Assembly (NCBI RefSeq): GCF_009914755.1
Contig: NC_060944.1
DNA from: the human T2T-CHM13v2.0 reference genome, Homo sapiens
Direction: 5' to 3' (one strand)
DNA length: 64,000 nucleotides
The notes under the pieces were generated by a model. It did no database searches. It was not told the DNA's origin and worked only from the letters and a program-made list of their open reading frames with translations. Made by a program: the position numbers and the translations under genes. Shown piece after piece: positions 30,580 through 44,580 of this stretch (the first letter of the stretch is position 1; each line of letters starts with the position of its first letter).

Positions 30580-33100
30580 TCAAACAAAAATTTTTATGCT
30601 TTTTAAGATAATACATATTTATTTTGAAAATAATGGAAAATTCAGTAAGTATTTTAAAAACAAACTGCCAGGAATGCTACCAACTCAGAGATTCCACAGT
30701 GTTGACTTTTAGCTTTGTAATCTATGTCTTTTTTGTCTACATATAAATGCTTTTTTTATGTAACTACTCATTTAAAATAAATACATATATATTCATATAT
30801 ACGTATATAAACACACACTCACCTAAGTGCCATAGAGAGACATGAATTTCAATAGCTGCATACTAAGCATATTTCACAATTCGCTAAAAACTTATTTCTA
30901 TTCCCTAAATTTCTTTTGGAAAATATTTTAAAAACAGAATTACTAACGTTAAAAGATGTGAACAGTTTAAGTACCTTTATGAATATTGCCAAATTGTCTG
31001 TAAAAAATGTTGTGCTACATTACTCCGCTGTCAGCAATGTTTAATATGACGTGGCCTCTCATTTGCGATCTTGGTTAAGTATTATCGTTAAATAATAATA
31101 ATAATTAAACCAGACAAAAATGTGTTATTTCACTGTTATTTTAAATTCATTTCTTGAATCATTATTAAGGTTGAACTTTTTAAAATATGTTTCTTGGTTT
31201 TTGTATTTCTGCTTTTATGAATTACATATTCAGGACTATCGTCAATTTTCTTGTTGATTTATAACAGCACTTTTTATTTAAAGGGTATATTGTCTTTTGT
31301 GAAACAGAGACAATTCAGTGGATCAGGTCAGGCTGATTAATGTTTAATTAAAAGTTCTTGGTTTACTTGTATGATTACAGCCTCCTCACCCCAGGATGAA
31401 AGCCTTGTGCTCCCATTTTTCTCATGGTTTCTTTTTTATTTAACCTTTTCAACCATCAAAATTTAATTTTGGTCCATAGTCTCAGTGAGATCAATCCTTT
31501 TTTTTCATCCTAAACAATCATCCCACTGAACTGGAATTACACGTTAATAGATACAGCCTTTTTCATTGTTGTTGTTAATTCAGACCCATTTTTTCACTTT
31601 GTATCTTTTCCATTAATAAATTTGTCTGCCTTCCTGGATGCAATAACTCACTGTTTTTACTGTATTTTATAATATGGATTAATACCTGGAAGTGGTGATT
31701 CTCCTTTACTACTATTAATTTTCAATTCCTTTTTTGCCATTGCCAGTGGAATTCTTATTTCAAATAAACTTAATTTAACTGTATTATGTTTTCCTTGACT
31801 ACTAAAAAAAAACTATTTTTAAAATCATATTAACTTTATAAATTTATCTGACAAAAACTGACACCTTTTTAATTTTTAGTTTTTCTGTCACAGGAAAAAT
31901 GCTTTTCTCTTTACTTTAAAATTTTTTGTATTAAGTCCTCAGCAAAATCACTTGTCTTCATTAGAGGTCTAGTTTTCTTAGACTGAATCTTTCTTTTTAT
32001 TTATATTATATTTTTAACAGATTGTTTCTGGATATTTATATTTGTATATTTGTTTATTTTATAAATGATTGTATTTTACAAATGATCATCTTCCTAAACT
32101 CTTATAATAGCCTATTTTTTGCAGTACATTCCGTTGGAATTTTTAGACACACAAAGACAGTAATTTAATCATATCTCATTTCTCCACCTGCCTTATTTAT
32201 TGCTTTGGCCTTACCGTTCTCAGGTATTAAATGAGGGTTCCGAGTGGGCATCTTTCTTTTTTATTCAGTAGGAAGTTCAACATTATGCCTTTTATTAAGT
32301 ATCTATCAAGCTCTAAGCCACGATTAAGAGTAATTTGCTAGATATTTATGGCTTTTTAAAATCAATTAATTTATTTTTATTGATACATAATAGCTGTACA
32401 AACGTTTGCAGTACGTATGATAATTTAATACATTTATATAATCAAATCAGAGTAATTGGGATATCCATCACCTGAAATATTTATCTTTACATTAGAAACA
32501 ATCGAATTGCTGTCTTCTAGCTATTTTTAAATGTACAAACTATTAATGTTAACTATAGTCACCTCCTTGTCTATCAAACACCAGGTCTTAACGTCTTCTA
32601 TCTAAGTGAAGAGTGGGCATCTTTCTCTTCATCCTGATCCTAATATAAGTTTCACTGTTGTGATATCATCAAGTCAGATATTGGCTGTGACTTTGAGTCA
32701 GATATTCTTTAACATACTAAAGGACACGGGTCCTATTTGACTAATGTTTTAGAAGTTGGTATTGAATGTTATTAAATGTCTCTTGGACATCCATTGGGAT
32801 GATCATATGTTCATTTTTCAGACATAAATGTGATAAGTTATCTTAATAGATCTCATTTCCTAATATATAATTATCCTTTTGTTCCCAAAATAGGCTCTAC
32901 TTATTTGTTGTGTATTATTTTTAGAACATATGACTTGCTAATGTAATTTTTAGGCTTTTGAAGCTAATTTTTTCAAGTGTCATAAATTCATTATTGTTTT
33001 GAAATTTTGTCCAATTTTGACATCATAGTTATGTTTATAAAATAATAGTTTAATAAGAGAAAATTTCACTGATTTTTTTCTGCTCTAAAAATGATTTGTT
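30580..33100 (-). mobile_element. Degenerate old L1M fragments, including a younger L1MA-like 3' piece at ~32365-32610
   Basis: T-rich antisense L1 character; atcaaatcagagtaattgggatatccatcacc...ttaactatagtcacc. Confidence 0.55.
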
Positions 33101-33687
33101 AAATGAAACTTTAGAATAATTCTGCCATCACCTCTTTATTATGCACATAGAGATGAGTCATGACACAGATAATCTGGAACTGTTGACAACTTCCCAGATT
33201 CTTTACAACTTTAATATGTATTCTTTCACTCTATCAGTTGCAATATGTGTGAACGTTCATCTGATGCACTGAGTCTGAGGAAAATTTTGACCAGTAACCT
33301 TTGTCCACTGGAAAAGAGTCTATGTAGAATTAGATGTTAATTGTAAGTAATCACAGAAGTGCAAATTATAAAAAAGAAATTTTTTGTACAAATTAAAAAG
33401 CAGGAAAAGGAATAATAGAATCCTCTTTTAATGAGGCATGGAGAAGTCCATTCTCAAAAACATGGCTTAGTAGTATAAGCTGGTTTAAGCTTTCTGAAGG
33501 GCATTTTAGCAAGGCATCAAAGAAAAATTTTCCAATGAGGACATCATTTGTCCCAGGAATTCCTCTCATAAGAAAATCACTGATCATGGCTTCAAAGATT
33601 TCACCACAATGATGTTTATCAAAACATTATAAGGGTGAAAAATTAGAAAAAACATAAATGTGCCCAAAAGGGGAATGGTTAAATACA

Positions 33688-34098
33688 TTATATTCTAATA
33701 TATTGTATTAGATATTATATTCTAATATATTGTATTAGATATTATATTCTAATATATTGTATTAGATAGTGTATCATATTAGAAATTAGATATTAGAATT
33801 AGAAATTAGAAATTAGATATTAGATATTGTATCATAATATTCTAATATATGCTTTATATATTAGAATGATATATTTAATATATCATTCTAATATATCTAA
33901 TATATATTAGAATGATATATTTAATATATTAGATATTAGATATATTAGAATAATATAAATAATATATCTAATATATGTTAGATATTAGATATTTTGTATA
34001 TACTATATTTATATATAATTATATATTATATATTAGATATATTATATTATATTAATATTTAACATATATTATACAAATATATTATTCTAATATATTTA
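33688..34098. repeat. AT-rich low-complexity minisatellite (27-bp unit x3, then degenerate TA-rich repeats)
   Basis: tattctaatatattgtattagatatta repeated; almost no G or C. Confidence 0.9.
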
Positions 34099-34402
34099 AT
34101 CAAAGGAATTTGAGACAGCTGTTATAATTAAGGCAGATACATATTAAATGAAATCAATATACTGTATGTCAACAATATATTTGAAGTGGAAAAGCAGACT
34201 GCACACCCACCAGTTGGCAGTGATTATTTCTGGACTTGGGGATTAGAGGTAATTTTTTTCTTATCTGTGTTTCCTGCATTTCTACAATGACTCTCTTCCA
34301 AGGGAATACAGTCACAAAAGTGGACTGGGATCAACTTTACTTTACAATCTTACTTTCTTACCCCAAATATAGATAAACTCACAATAAGGCTTGTGTTTTT
34401 GA

Positions 34403-34624
<222 letters not shown>

Positions 34625-34732
34625 TAAAGAAGTGGCTTAGTCATTAAAAATTTAGTAACTAGGAAAGATTCTACTTTCTTCCTACATTTTTTTTCTCTAA
34701 AGATCAAATACACATTAAAAGTTTTCGTAAGG

Positions 34733-34955
34733 GGTCCGTGTGTTCTCATTGTTCAATTCCCATCTATGAATGCACACGGGAAGGGGAACATCACACTCTG
34801 GGGACTGTTGTGGGGTGGGGGGAGCGGGAAGGGATAGCATTAGGAGATACACCTAATGCTAAATGACGAGTTAATGGGTGCAGCACACCAGCATGGCACA
34901 TGTATACATATGTAACTAACCTGCACATTGTGCGCATGTACACTAAAACTTAAAG

Positions 34956-34991
<36 letters not shown>
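34733..34991 (+). mobile_element. Short L1PA 3' end with 5' inversion and (TAA)n tail
   Basis: antisense tgtgttctcattgttcaattccc then sense gggaaggggaacatcacactctgggg...aaaacttaaagtataa. Confidence 0.9.
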
Positions 34992-34995
<4 letters not shown>

Positions 34996-35005
34996 GTTTT
35001 GGTAG

Positions 35006-35320
35006 GGTCGGGCGCAGTGACTCACGCCTGTAATCCCAGCACTTTGGGAGGCCGAGGCAGGTGGATCACGAGGTCAGGAGATCGAGACCATCCTGGCTAA
35101 CACGGTGAAACCCCGTCTCTACTAAAAAATACAAAAAAAAACAATTAGCCGGGCGTGGTGGCGGGCGCCTGTAGTGCCAGCTACTCAAGAGGCTGAGACA
35201 GGAGAATGGCGTGAACCTGGGAGGTGGAGCTTGCAGAGAGCCCAGATCGCGCCACTGCACTCCAGCCTGGGCGACAGAGCGAGAGAGCGAGACTCTGTCT
35301 CAAAAAAAAAAAAAAAAAAA
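35006..35320 (+). mobile_element. AluY
   Basis: diagnostic gatcgagaccatcctggctaacacggtg and ggcgtgaacc...gagcttgcag; CpG-rich; long poly-A. Confidence 0.93.
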
Positions 35321-37670
35321 AAAAGTTTTCATAGGCCACATGAATAAGATAAAGCGACTGAACTTTATTCTTAATGATAAAAATCTGACTCTAAATCAAT
35401 AAAATGAGTTGGAGAGACTCATCATAAGCAAACCTCTTTTTTGGTGTAACTAACCTACTATGAAATTTACATGATAATTAGTGGCCCATATTGGAGAGAT
35501 TTTCCGGTCTTTTTTTCCCCGTTTGGTTCTTAGAAAATTAGAGACAGAACATTCCCTCAATAAATTATCAAATGTTAAACAAAAGCTTTCAAATTACTTT
35601 AAATGGTTTTTGAAAATCTTCCAGAGTATTCAGAGATTTTAAAACACATATTAATGATCATTAAATAAAAGAGTTGCTTTATTAAATATATATGTATATA
35701 TACATGTATGTCATAAATATATAAAAATCATAGATATATACACATACATATGTATATCTGACCCTAAACAATTCTAAATTTTTTTAGTCTTTGAAATTGA
35801 TTTTATATCAGATATAATTTTTTAGCTACCAGAAAATATTTTTAATACTATGAAAGGAAAATCAATTTTTTAGAATACATTTTACATGGATTCTTCATCG
35901 TTAAAGCTTTTCAAAAATATTGTCTGTTTTCTGTTTAACTGAATAACTATAGAACTAAGAAATTTTTTTACTGGACATAAATGTAATTTTTTGATTAACC
36001 TTAAACAAAGGCATTTGAAAAACTATGTAAAAAGCTTTCTATAACAGCTTCACTAATTTCTTTCTACCCTAAGCAGTTGAGCACATTTTTACCTTAAAAC
36101 TTTCGTCACTTTATATCAAGGGTTTAAAGAATAAAATTTCAGTGAAGTGTCTCATAATTATATCTTTTGAAATTACTTCAAGCCACATGTATAAAGAGTT
36201 CAAGTTGGCAGAATTAGAGTTTATTTTAGGAAAGTATTTTCAGAAAAGGCTGTTTAATTCCTGTCAGGTGTGATAAAGATAAACTCATAAGCTCCATGTA
36301 CTGATAGAATGCTACTTTTAGAATCCTTGTCAATTGTTGTTATAGTTCGGTTGAATTAATAATATTTTTGCTTTGCTTGCAGATTCGTCTTGTTTTGAAT
36401 GTATTTGTTTGCTTATTTCTTTTTTTGTCTTGAAAATCCTACTGTGACAGTAAGCAATTATAAAACAATGACACAGAGGCAGGAAAGTACATTGAGTTGT
36501 GAAGGGGAAATAGTTGATCCCCAGACAAGTGTAACCTGCTGCTCCTGTCCAGAATGGAGACGCTGCTCCAGAGCTGTCAGTCTCCCCTGAATGGACAGTT
36601 CTCACTGCAGTAGAGTCCTACCTTTGACATTATAGCTAGAGCCAAGATACAGATCATAACTTTCCAATTATGCCTTTGTTTTCATCTTCTGGCATAGATT
36701 TTATAATGCCAGAATGGACTTGTGAGCTCACATGATGTTCTACCGTCCTATGTTACTGACGAGAGCATTGTGGTTTTGGTGTCATGAATTTAGTTTAGGA
36801 CTCTGCTTTGGTCAAACATCTTAAACATACAACATCTTCTGTGCATCTGAATTCCAAGTAGGACTTGCATAACTTAGAAGTTTCAAACATGTTTTGAAAT
36901 GCTTGCTTATTTCATAGACATAGTTCTCACATAGAACCTCAAGTTAAACAAAGAGATTGTTGCTAGCAGGTCCCATGCACTCAAGCCAAATAGAACATAC
37001 AGGGGAAATGAGTTGTCCCAGGGCAAATTCAGAGAGCCTTCCTGATGACTTTCTCTCTGAATTACTCAGAATTTCTGACAACATCAGCATATAGCTGACT
37101 TTGACTTTACTCAGCCTTTGATAGCTATTCTCATGCCACCATTTTGTCTGATTTCTGGCCCAGCCATAATTCTGTCCCCTTTCACAATCTTGAGCTCAGA
37201 TTGTGAGCCCAGCCATAATGCTGTCCCCTTTTCACAATCTGGAGCTCAGAAAGTTCTTGACCAGCAGGCAATTTTCTTGTAACCACATAACCCAGATTCA
37301 CCAGGTTTGCTCTGTCAGCACTTGCTTCCTGCTTTCCCCTTCCTGGTATACAGCAGAAGCACATCTTGTTTGCCTCCGCTAACCTTTATGACAGCTGGTG
37401 GATAGTTCAGATTTTGAAAATTTGCATAGAAACAGAGGCAGACATGGAAGACATTTATAAATACGTAATATTAAAAATCTCTTTTAAGTCTATAATATCC
37501 ATTAGTTCTGTAGCTAGACAAAGATGGTGACACCTTGTGAGATTAGGGGTAATGATAAACTTATCTTGATGGTTTAAAGTGAATACTTGTTCATTTATTC
37601 CTCCTACAATACTGTGTCTTATTAATTGACTACTTCTAACCTCACCATTTTCAATATCCTTCTACCAACC

Positions 37671-38020
37671 TGTGTTTGTCCATTTTCACACTGCTATAAA
37701 GAACTACCTGAAACTGAGCAATTTATAAAGAAAAGAGGTTTAATTGACTCACAGTTCTGCATGGCTGAGGAGGCCTCATGAAACTTACAATTATGGTGGA
37801 AAGTGAAGGGGAAGCAAAGCACACCTCACATGAAGGGAGAAGAGAGAGAGTGAGGGGGGAACTGCCACACACTTATTAAACCATCAGATCTTGTGAGAAC
37901 TCACTATCATGAGAACAGCATGAGAGAAACCACTCCCATAATCCAATCACCCTCCCCAAATATGTGAGGATTACAATTCAACATGAGATTTGGGTGAGGA
38001 CATAGAACCAAACCATATCA
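37671..38020 (-). mobile_element. THE1/MST MaLR solo LTR
   Basis: gtccattttcacactgctataaagaactacctga...aaccatatca; flanked by caacc/taacc. Confidence 0.9.
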
Positions 38021-38191
38021 TAACCCATTAAGTGAAAGGGAAATCATATTTCTACTCTTGCTTCTATTCCATTTTGCTTATAATTCAACATTTGCTGAAG
38101 AGCATTTGTGGCTCTTTAAAGTATTCTCTTATGTCTTTGTTATTTGCATATCAAAATTCCTTATGGATTGATTGATTTATTGATTTTCTAG

Positions 38192-38377
<186 letters not shown>

Positions 38378-39429
38378 TGAGTTATAACTGCATTTTTCAG
38401 GTGTTTTACACTGAGAAAATAATGAAATGGTGAATTATTTGTTATTTAATTTGAAAATTTACACACTTATAAAGCAATTACCTTTTGAAAGCCATTCTGA
38501 AAACCCTTCAAGAATTCTGTTAATCACTGGTTTGGATTTTCAGAATTGTATTGTAAATCAATTCATTCTAGTATGCCTCAAATGGACGGCCATAAAAACA
38601 TATACATTTAACTCATATCATCTGATAGTACAAATGATAAATGATACATTTTAATTATAACTCAAAGAAGTAGAGTGGAAGTAGGGAATAATATAGTGGC
38701 TGAGATAAAGAAAATTCATATTTCCTTTAAAAGGAATATTATTTAAATTCCCCAAAATCTCTAGCCTCTGAGAGCTGGTCATTCAATCTTGTCTGGGTTC
38801 TATCTAATAAAGTTGAAACCTTTCACACTCAACTGGGCCCTTCTCTTTCTTCACCAAAAAGCAAATCTTCACACATGCTTATCATGTAAAGGAAGAAAGT
38901 AGGTTCAGTGGGAAGTAGACTTTTTAGCCTACTCTTTGCTTTTTTCTGGCCAAAATATCTACAAATCCAGTCTTCTGCAAAGAGAATAGCTATGCGGAAA
39001 CTCTCTGTGCTCTGGGATTTTTCCATATGTTAACTGAGTTTAATAATAATGCTTACTATACTGTTTACTTCTTACAGTTATTATGAATATTCCATAAGTA
39101 AATACATTGACCACACTTAAGAAATATCTAGCACAATGAAAATATTCAATAAATGTGAGTTTGCTGTTTTTGTAAACAATACATTTTTAAAGAGATAGTC
39201 GACTTCATGTTCTTGACATAAGATATAACTGCATATTTTAGATGTTTCACACTGAGGAAAGAAATGAGTAGTTGCTCTTTGCTTACTGTGGGAATTTACA
39301 AATTTATAAAGCAATTGTATTTTGAAAGCTGTCCTGAAAGTTATTCTTGTTTTTCAGTGGTGGTTGTTTTCACTTTTTTTGCTTTCACTTTGAAGATGCA
39401 AAAGTCATTTGCTTTGAAAACATAAACGA

Positions 39430-39748
39430 CTTCCACAATGGTTGAACTAGTTTACAGTCCCACCAACAGTGTAAAAGTGTTCCTATTTCTCCACATCCTC
39501 TCCAGCACCTGTTGTTTCCTGACTTTTTAATGATTGCCATTCTAACTGGTGTGAGATGGTATCTCATTGTGGTTTTGATTTACATTTCTCTGATGGCCAG
39601 TGATGGTGAGCATTTTTTCTTAGTGGGTGCAGCGTACCAGCATGGCACATGTATGCATATGTAACTAACCTGCACATTGTGCACATGTACCCAAAAACTT
39701 AAAAGTATAATAATAATAATAAAAATTAAAACACAAATTAAAAAAAAA
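39430..39748 (+). mobile_element. 5'-inverted (twin-primed) young L1PA fragment
   Basis: antisense ORF2 piece 39430-39619 ([35 protein letters not shown]) plus sense 3'UTR and poly-A; TSD gaaaacataaaYga. Confidence 0.92.
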
Positions 39749-40032
39749 GAAAACATAAATGAAATATTCACATGGTGATAAAACCACTAAACTCTTTTTG
39801 TTGAAAGATAGAACTTTTGTCATTTCCACATTGAGAATGTTCATGTAAAAATAAAACAGCCTATTTTTTTAACAAATGCCTCATTAAGGCAAGGTGATAA
39901 AACATAGATGAAGCCCTATCTCTGGCAACCCATGTCTTCTCCTCTGAAAATGAAATTTATAGGGCAACATCTCAACTTTTTGTCTAAAGTAGCTAAGTAG
40001 AAACTTCTAGTTGGATCTGAAAAGCTGGTCCT

Positions 40033-40332
40033 GGCCAGGCGCAGTGGCTCATGCCTCTAATCCGAGCACTTTGGGAGGCCAAGGTGGTGGATCACCTGAG
40101 GTCTGGAGTTCGAGACCAGCCTGACCAATATGGTGAAATGCTGTCTCTACTAAAAAAGTACAAAAATTAGTCAGGTGTGGGGGCATGCACCTGTAGTCCC
40201 AGCTACTTGGAAGGCTGAGACAGGAGAATGGCTTGAACCCAGAGGCGGAGGTTGCAGTGAGCCAAGATCACGCCACTGCACTTCAGCCTGGGTGACACAG
40301 CAAGACTCTATCTCAAAAAAAGAAAGAGAAAA
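40033..40332 (+). mobile_element. Alu (AluSx-like)
   Basis: full dimer; TSD gaaaagctRgtcctg. Confidence 0.95.
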
Positions 40333-40424
40333 GAAAAGCTAGTCCTGATTGAATAATACCTTTCTAATTATTTCTTGGAATTGTTCATTCTTATAACCAG
40401 GTGTGTCCTTAATGTCCTTTGTAG

Positions 40425-40640
<216 letters not shown>

Positions 40641-40689
40641 TAACAAGGGCGATGAGATTTAGTTACATGTTTTTGTGACATGTTGTAGT

Positions 40690-41260
40690 ATTAATGTTAG
40701 TCAACTCTTTCAACAATAATTATGTGTAACAAACAATCTGAAAACTTATATGCAAATATTTATCTTCGTGCTCATAGGTCTGTGGGTTGGCCGGGTTTGG
40801 CTAATCTAGCCTGGGCTCCGCAGCATAGCTGTGCTTCAGGTTCTGGGTTGGGTCTATGTCTGTCCCACATGCGCTCACTCTGGGGTCCAGGCTGAAGTGG
40901 CAGTTGCTTCTACAATATGGACTTCTCTTGGCAGAACACTGGAATGTCTAACTCTGCATGTGCATTTTAAGCCTCTACCTACACCAAATTACTAATATAC
41001 TGTTGACTAAAGCAGAGCTTAAGCACAAGTCAAGAAATCACGTCAAGGCTGGGCATGGTGGCTCACGCCTATAATCTCAGCACTTTGGGAGGCTGAGGCA
41101 GGAGGATCTCTTGAGGCCAGAAGTTTGAAACCAGCCTGAGCAACAGAATGAGACCCTGTCTCTACAAAAAATAATAATAACAATTTTTTAAAAAAAGAAG
41201 TCATGTCAAGTATAATTCTGTTATGGGGGCAAGTTTGGATCAATAATTCAGTCTATGACA
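40690..41260 (-). mobile_element. Old MLT1 LTR interrupted by a FLAM monomer (41047-41194, + strand)
   Basis: tgtgtaacaaacaatctgaaaactta...ctgtgggttggccggg; FLAM flanked by aagaaRtcaYgtcaag. Confidence 0.65.
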
Positions 41261-41507
41261 TGTGATTTGGAATTATCTTTTGTGGGAAAAATCATACGGT
41301 TGGAAAGGAAAAAATCACATTGAATGTTTTCTTGTCTGATGAGAAAAATAATGCCTTATCATTCATAAATGTTATTAAAATGAAAAAAGTGATTTGTTTT
41401 TCATCTAAAGTAACCTGAAATACATGCTTTCATCACATAGATGCGCATAATTATAACTAACATTGGAAAGGAAATATGTGCTACACAGCATTATTCTCAC
41501 CTTCCAG

Positions 41508-41612
41508 GCTATCACTATATCTGTCTAAGGAATGAAAGGAACCAGCCTCTGACGCTGCCTGCTGTCTTTGTCTACATAGAAGTGAAAGACTATGTGCCAG
41601 ACACATATGCAG
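41508..41612 (+). CDS. PLCB1: PLCB1 coding exon (~22), C2 end: (G)[34 protein letters not shown]
   Basis: ttccag|GCTATC...GCAG|gtaaac; 105 nt, phase 1 to 1. Confidence 0.97.
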
Positions 41613-42479
41613 GTAAACAACTTAACTCAAATACCACTTTACTCAAAGGGGTATTTCTGTCTGAGTCACCATATATTTTTGGGTTAGTGAAAGGAAAACT
41701 GAACCAAACAAAGCAGGAGATTCTGGCTTCAGAATCACCCCTACTTTCGTATGTATGTTTAGAGGTAAATTGCTTGAGCCATTGTGAATACATTTTAATT
41801 TAACGTATTTTAATTAAAATCACAACACCTCAGTTTTTTGAATATTTATTCCCTTTTAGTCTTATTCTCATGGGCCCAGCACTTACCAACTCATGTTATC
41901 CATTACAACAAATGTCTAGGTCTGTACACTGAATTTGTCTTCCACCAATTTTAGAATGCTGATTCTTTTCATGGGTGACATCCTAAATTTAAGGAATTAA
42001 CCAAGAATCATAAGTGTAAATGCTTATAGTGCCAAGTAGCTTGGGTGTAAGACACTGGGGAGTAGTGGAGACCATGGTAAGCTTGGGGCTGTCCATCCAA
42101 AGCTGGCAGCCATAACTCATTCCAGCTAGGCACTGCCCTTCAAATAACTATATTGGCAAATCATTGGGTTATCCCAACAGTCCGGAAAGCAGGCTTTTTA
42201 TGTAAAATGTCTCCATTTATGAAACGTCATTTGGGCCAAATAGGACAATTGGGTGGGCCATTGCCGGAATGGATGGGACCTTCAAAAAGAAACTAAGGAA
42301 TCAAGAATATTCAGGGATCCTGAGTTGAAGCCTGTCCAGTTTGACTCTCAGAACTAAACTCTTAATTTCTCTCTTCCTGAAGTTTCAACAGAGTCCTAAC
42401 CCTTGTCCATGTTCAAAGTGTTGGATAGAGGAGTAGATAGTTATATGGGTAGACAGAAGAATGGAAGATGGATAATGAC

Positions 42480-42580
42480 TGGGTGGATGGATGGATGGAT
42501 GGATGGGTGGGTAGATGGGTGATGAATGAATGCATGGACTGATGGTCAGATAGATGAGTAAGTAGATGAATGATGAATAA
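42480..42580. repeat. (GGAT)n-like simple repeat
   Basis: ggatggatggatggatggatgggtgg... Confidence 0.85.
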
Positions 42581-42602
42581 TCAATACTTCCAGGACCTTT
42601 GA

Positions 42603-42809
<207 letters not shown>

Positions 42810-43974
42810 TAATATCACATACCTTGGGAGAAGGAATAGCACATTGGAACAACACTTTCATGCAGTTTAGCATCATGTCACAGAACATCTAGATGATTGA
42901 CTTAAATTTTTCACATTTCATTTTCTTTTGGCATTCTGTGGATACCACGAGCATCTTATCTTGTGATAAAATTAAACTGCACACATCTTGCTATTTCAGA
43001 TGAAACTTTCTACATGATTCCATGCTAATTAAAGGTGATGAACGCATTTAAAAAGGAAGATAATCATCAAATCATTTAGGGTTTCCCTTTGTCTTTAATG
43101 TAGCATGCAGGATTTTCAAAGTGCTTTTCTGATTTTTATAGTACATAAAATATTTAACACAATACCTGGAAAATAGTATGAGTCATAAAGAGTCTACTGT
43201 TATTATTAGATGGTATATTTATGTATTATAATGTGTGTCCTGCAAATAATTGATATATTATTCCAAATTAGATGTCACAATGCAAAGCATAATTAAGGAA
43301 GGGTCTAAAAATAGTAGAAATGAAGTTTAAATTTATAAAGCTTCTATGTAGACTGGCAGTCTTTTTGCTTTTAAAAAAAGTGAATTATAACTTGATTATT
43401 AAGGGTGACACTAATATTAAAAATAGTGATAAAAATTTGCTATTTTCATATTTTATTCAGAGGAAAAACTCGAGAAAAAAGATAGAAAATGGAGAACTGT
43501 CAGTATTGGGGGAAAAAACCTTGAAAATTGTTTTAATAAGTATAACTAATAGTTATCCATTAAATAGTCCATTTAAATAGTCTATTAAAGTTGACATTGT
43601 TAAGTAATGTTTTTCTTATTTCGAAAGCATCCTCGATTTATTATAGAAAATTTAAAACGTAAAAATGACAAAAGAAAACAACAAAGAAATCAACTGTAAT
43701 TCAAACATCCCATCCGCTCAGAGATAGCCACATTAAATGTGGGGTGTATACATATCTAGTCTTTTTATGCACAATTGTTACTCTTTCATAAAATGGGATA
43801 ATATTCACAGTCTGTGTTTTAAGTGAAAATAAAAGTATTAAGTATCTCATTGCCCATGTCATTAAATATTCTTCTATGACATGACTTTTAATAACTCATA
43901 GCCTTCTATCATATAGCTCCACCATAATTTAATTACTAAGTCCCCAATTATTGGATATTTGCAATGCTGCACTA

Positions 43975-44580
43975 TTTTATTTTATTTGTGGGTACATAGT
44001 AGGTATATATGTTACGGGGTGCATTTGATATTCTGATACAGACATACTGATTTTTGTACACTGATTTTTAATCCTGCAACTTTACTGAATGTTAATCAGT
44101 TCTAATAGTTAGTTGGTGGAGTCATTAGGTTTTTCCAAATACAAGATCATGTTATCTGCAAACAGGAATAATTTGACTTTTTCCAGTTTGGATGCCCTTT
44201 ATTTTATTTTCTTGTCCAGTTGCTCTAGCTTGGATTTCCAGTAGTATGTTGAATAACAGTGGTGAAAGTGAGCATCCTTGTCTTATTCCAGATCTCAGAG
44301 GAAAGGCTTTCAGTTTTTCTTCATTCAGTTTGATACTAGCTGTTGAACTGTTATATATGGCTTTCATTGTGTTGATGTATGTTACTTCTATACCCAGGTG
44401 GGGTTTTTTTGAGGGTTTTTATCAGAAGGGATGTTGAATTTTATCAAATGCTTTTTCAACATCAATTGAAATGATCATATGGGTTTTTTTTTCCTTCATT
44501 CTGTTGATATGATGTATCACATTGATTGATTTGCATATGTTGAACCATCCTTGCATCTCTGGGATAAATCCCACTTGGGA
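43975..44580 (-). mobile_element. L1 fragment (ORF2 reverse-transcriptase region)
   Basis: ORF 44152..44367 reads [27 protein letters not shown], the L1 RT motif. Confidence 0.9.
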
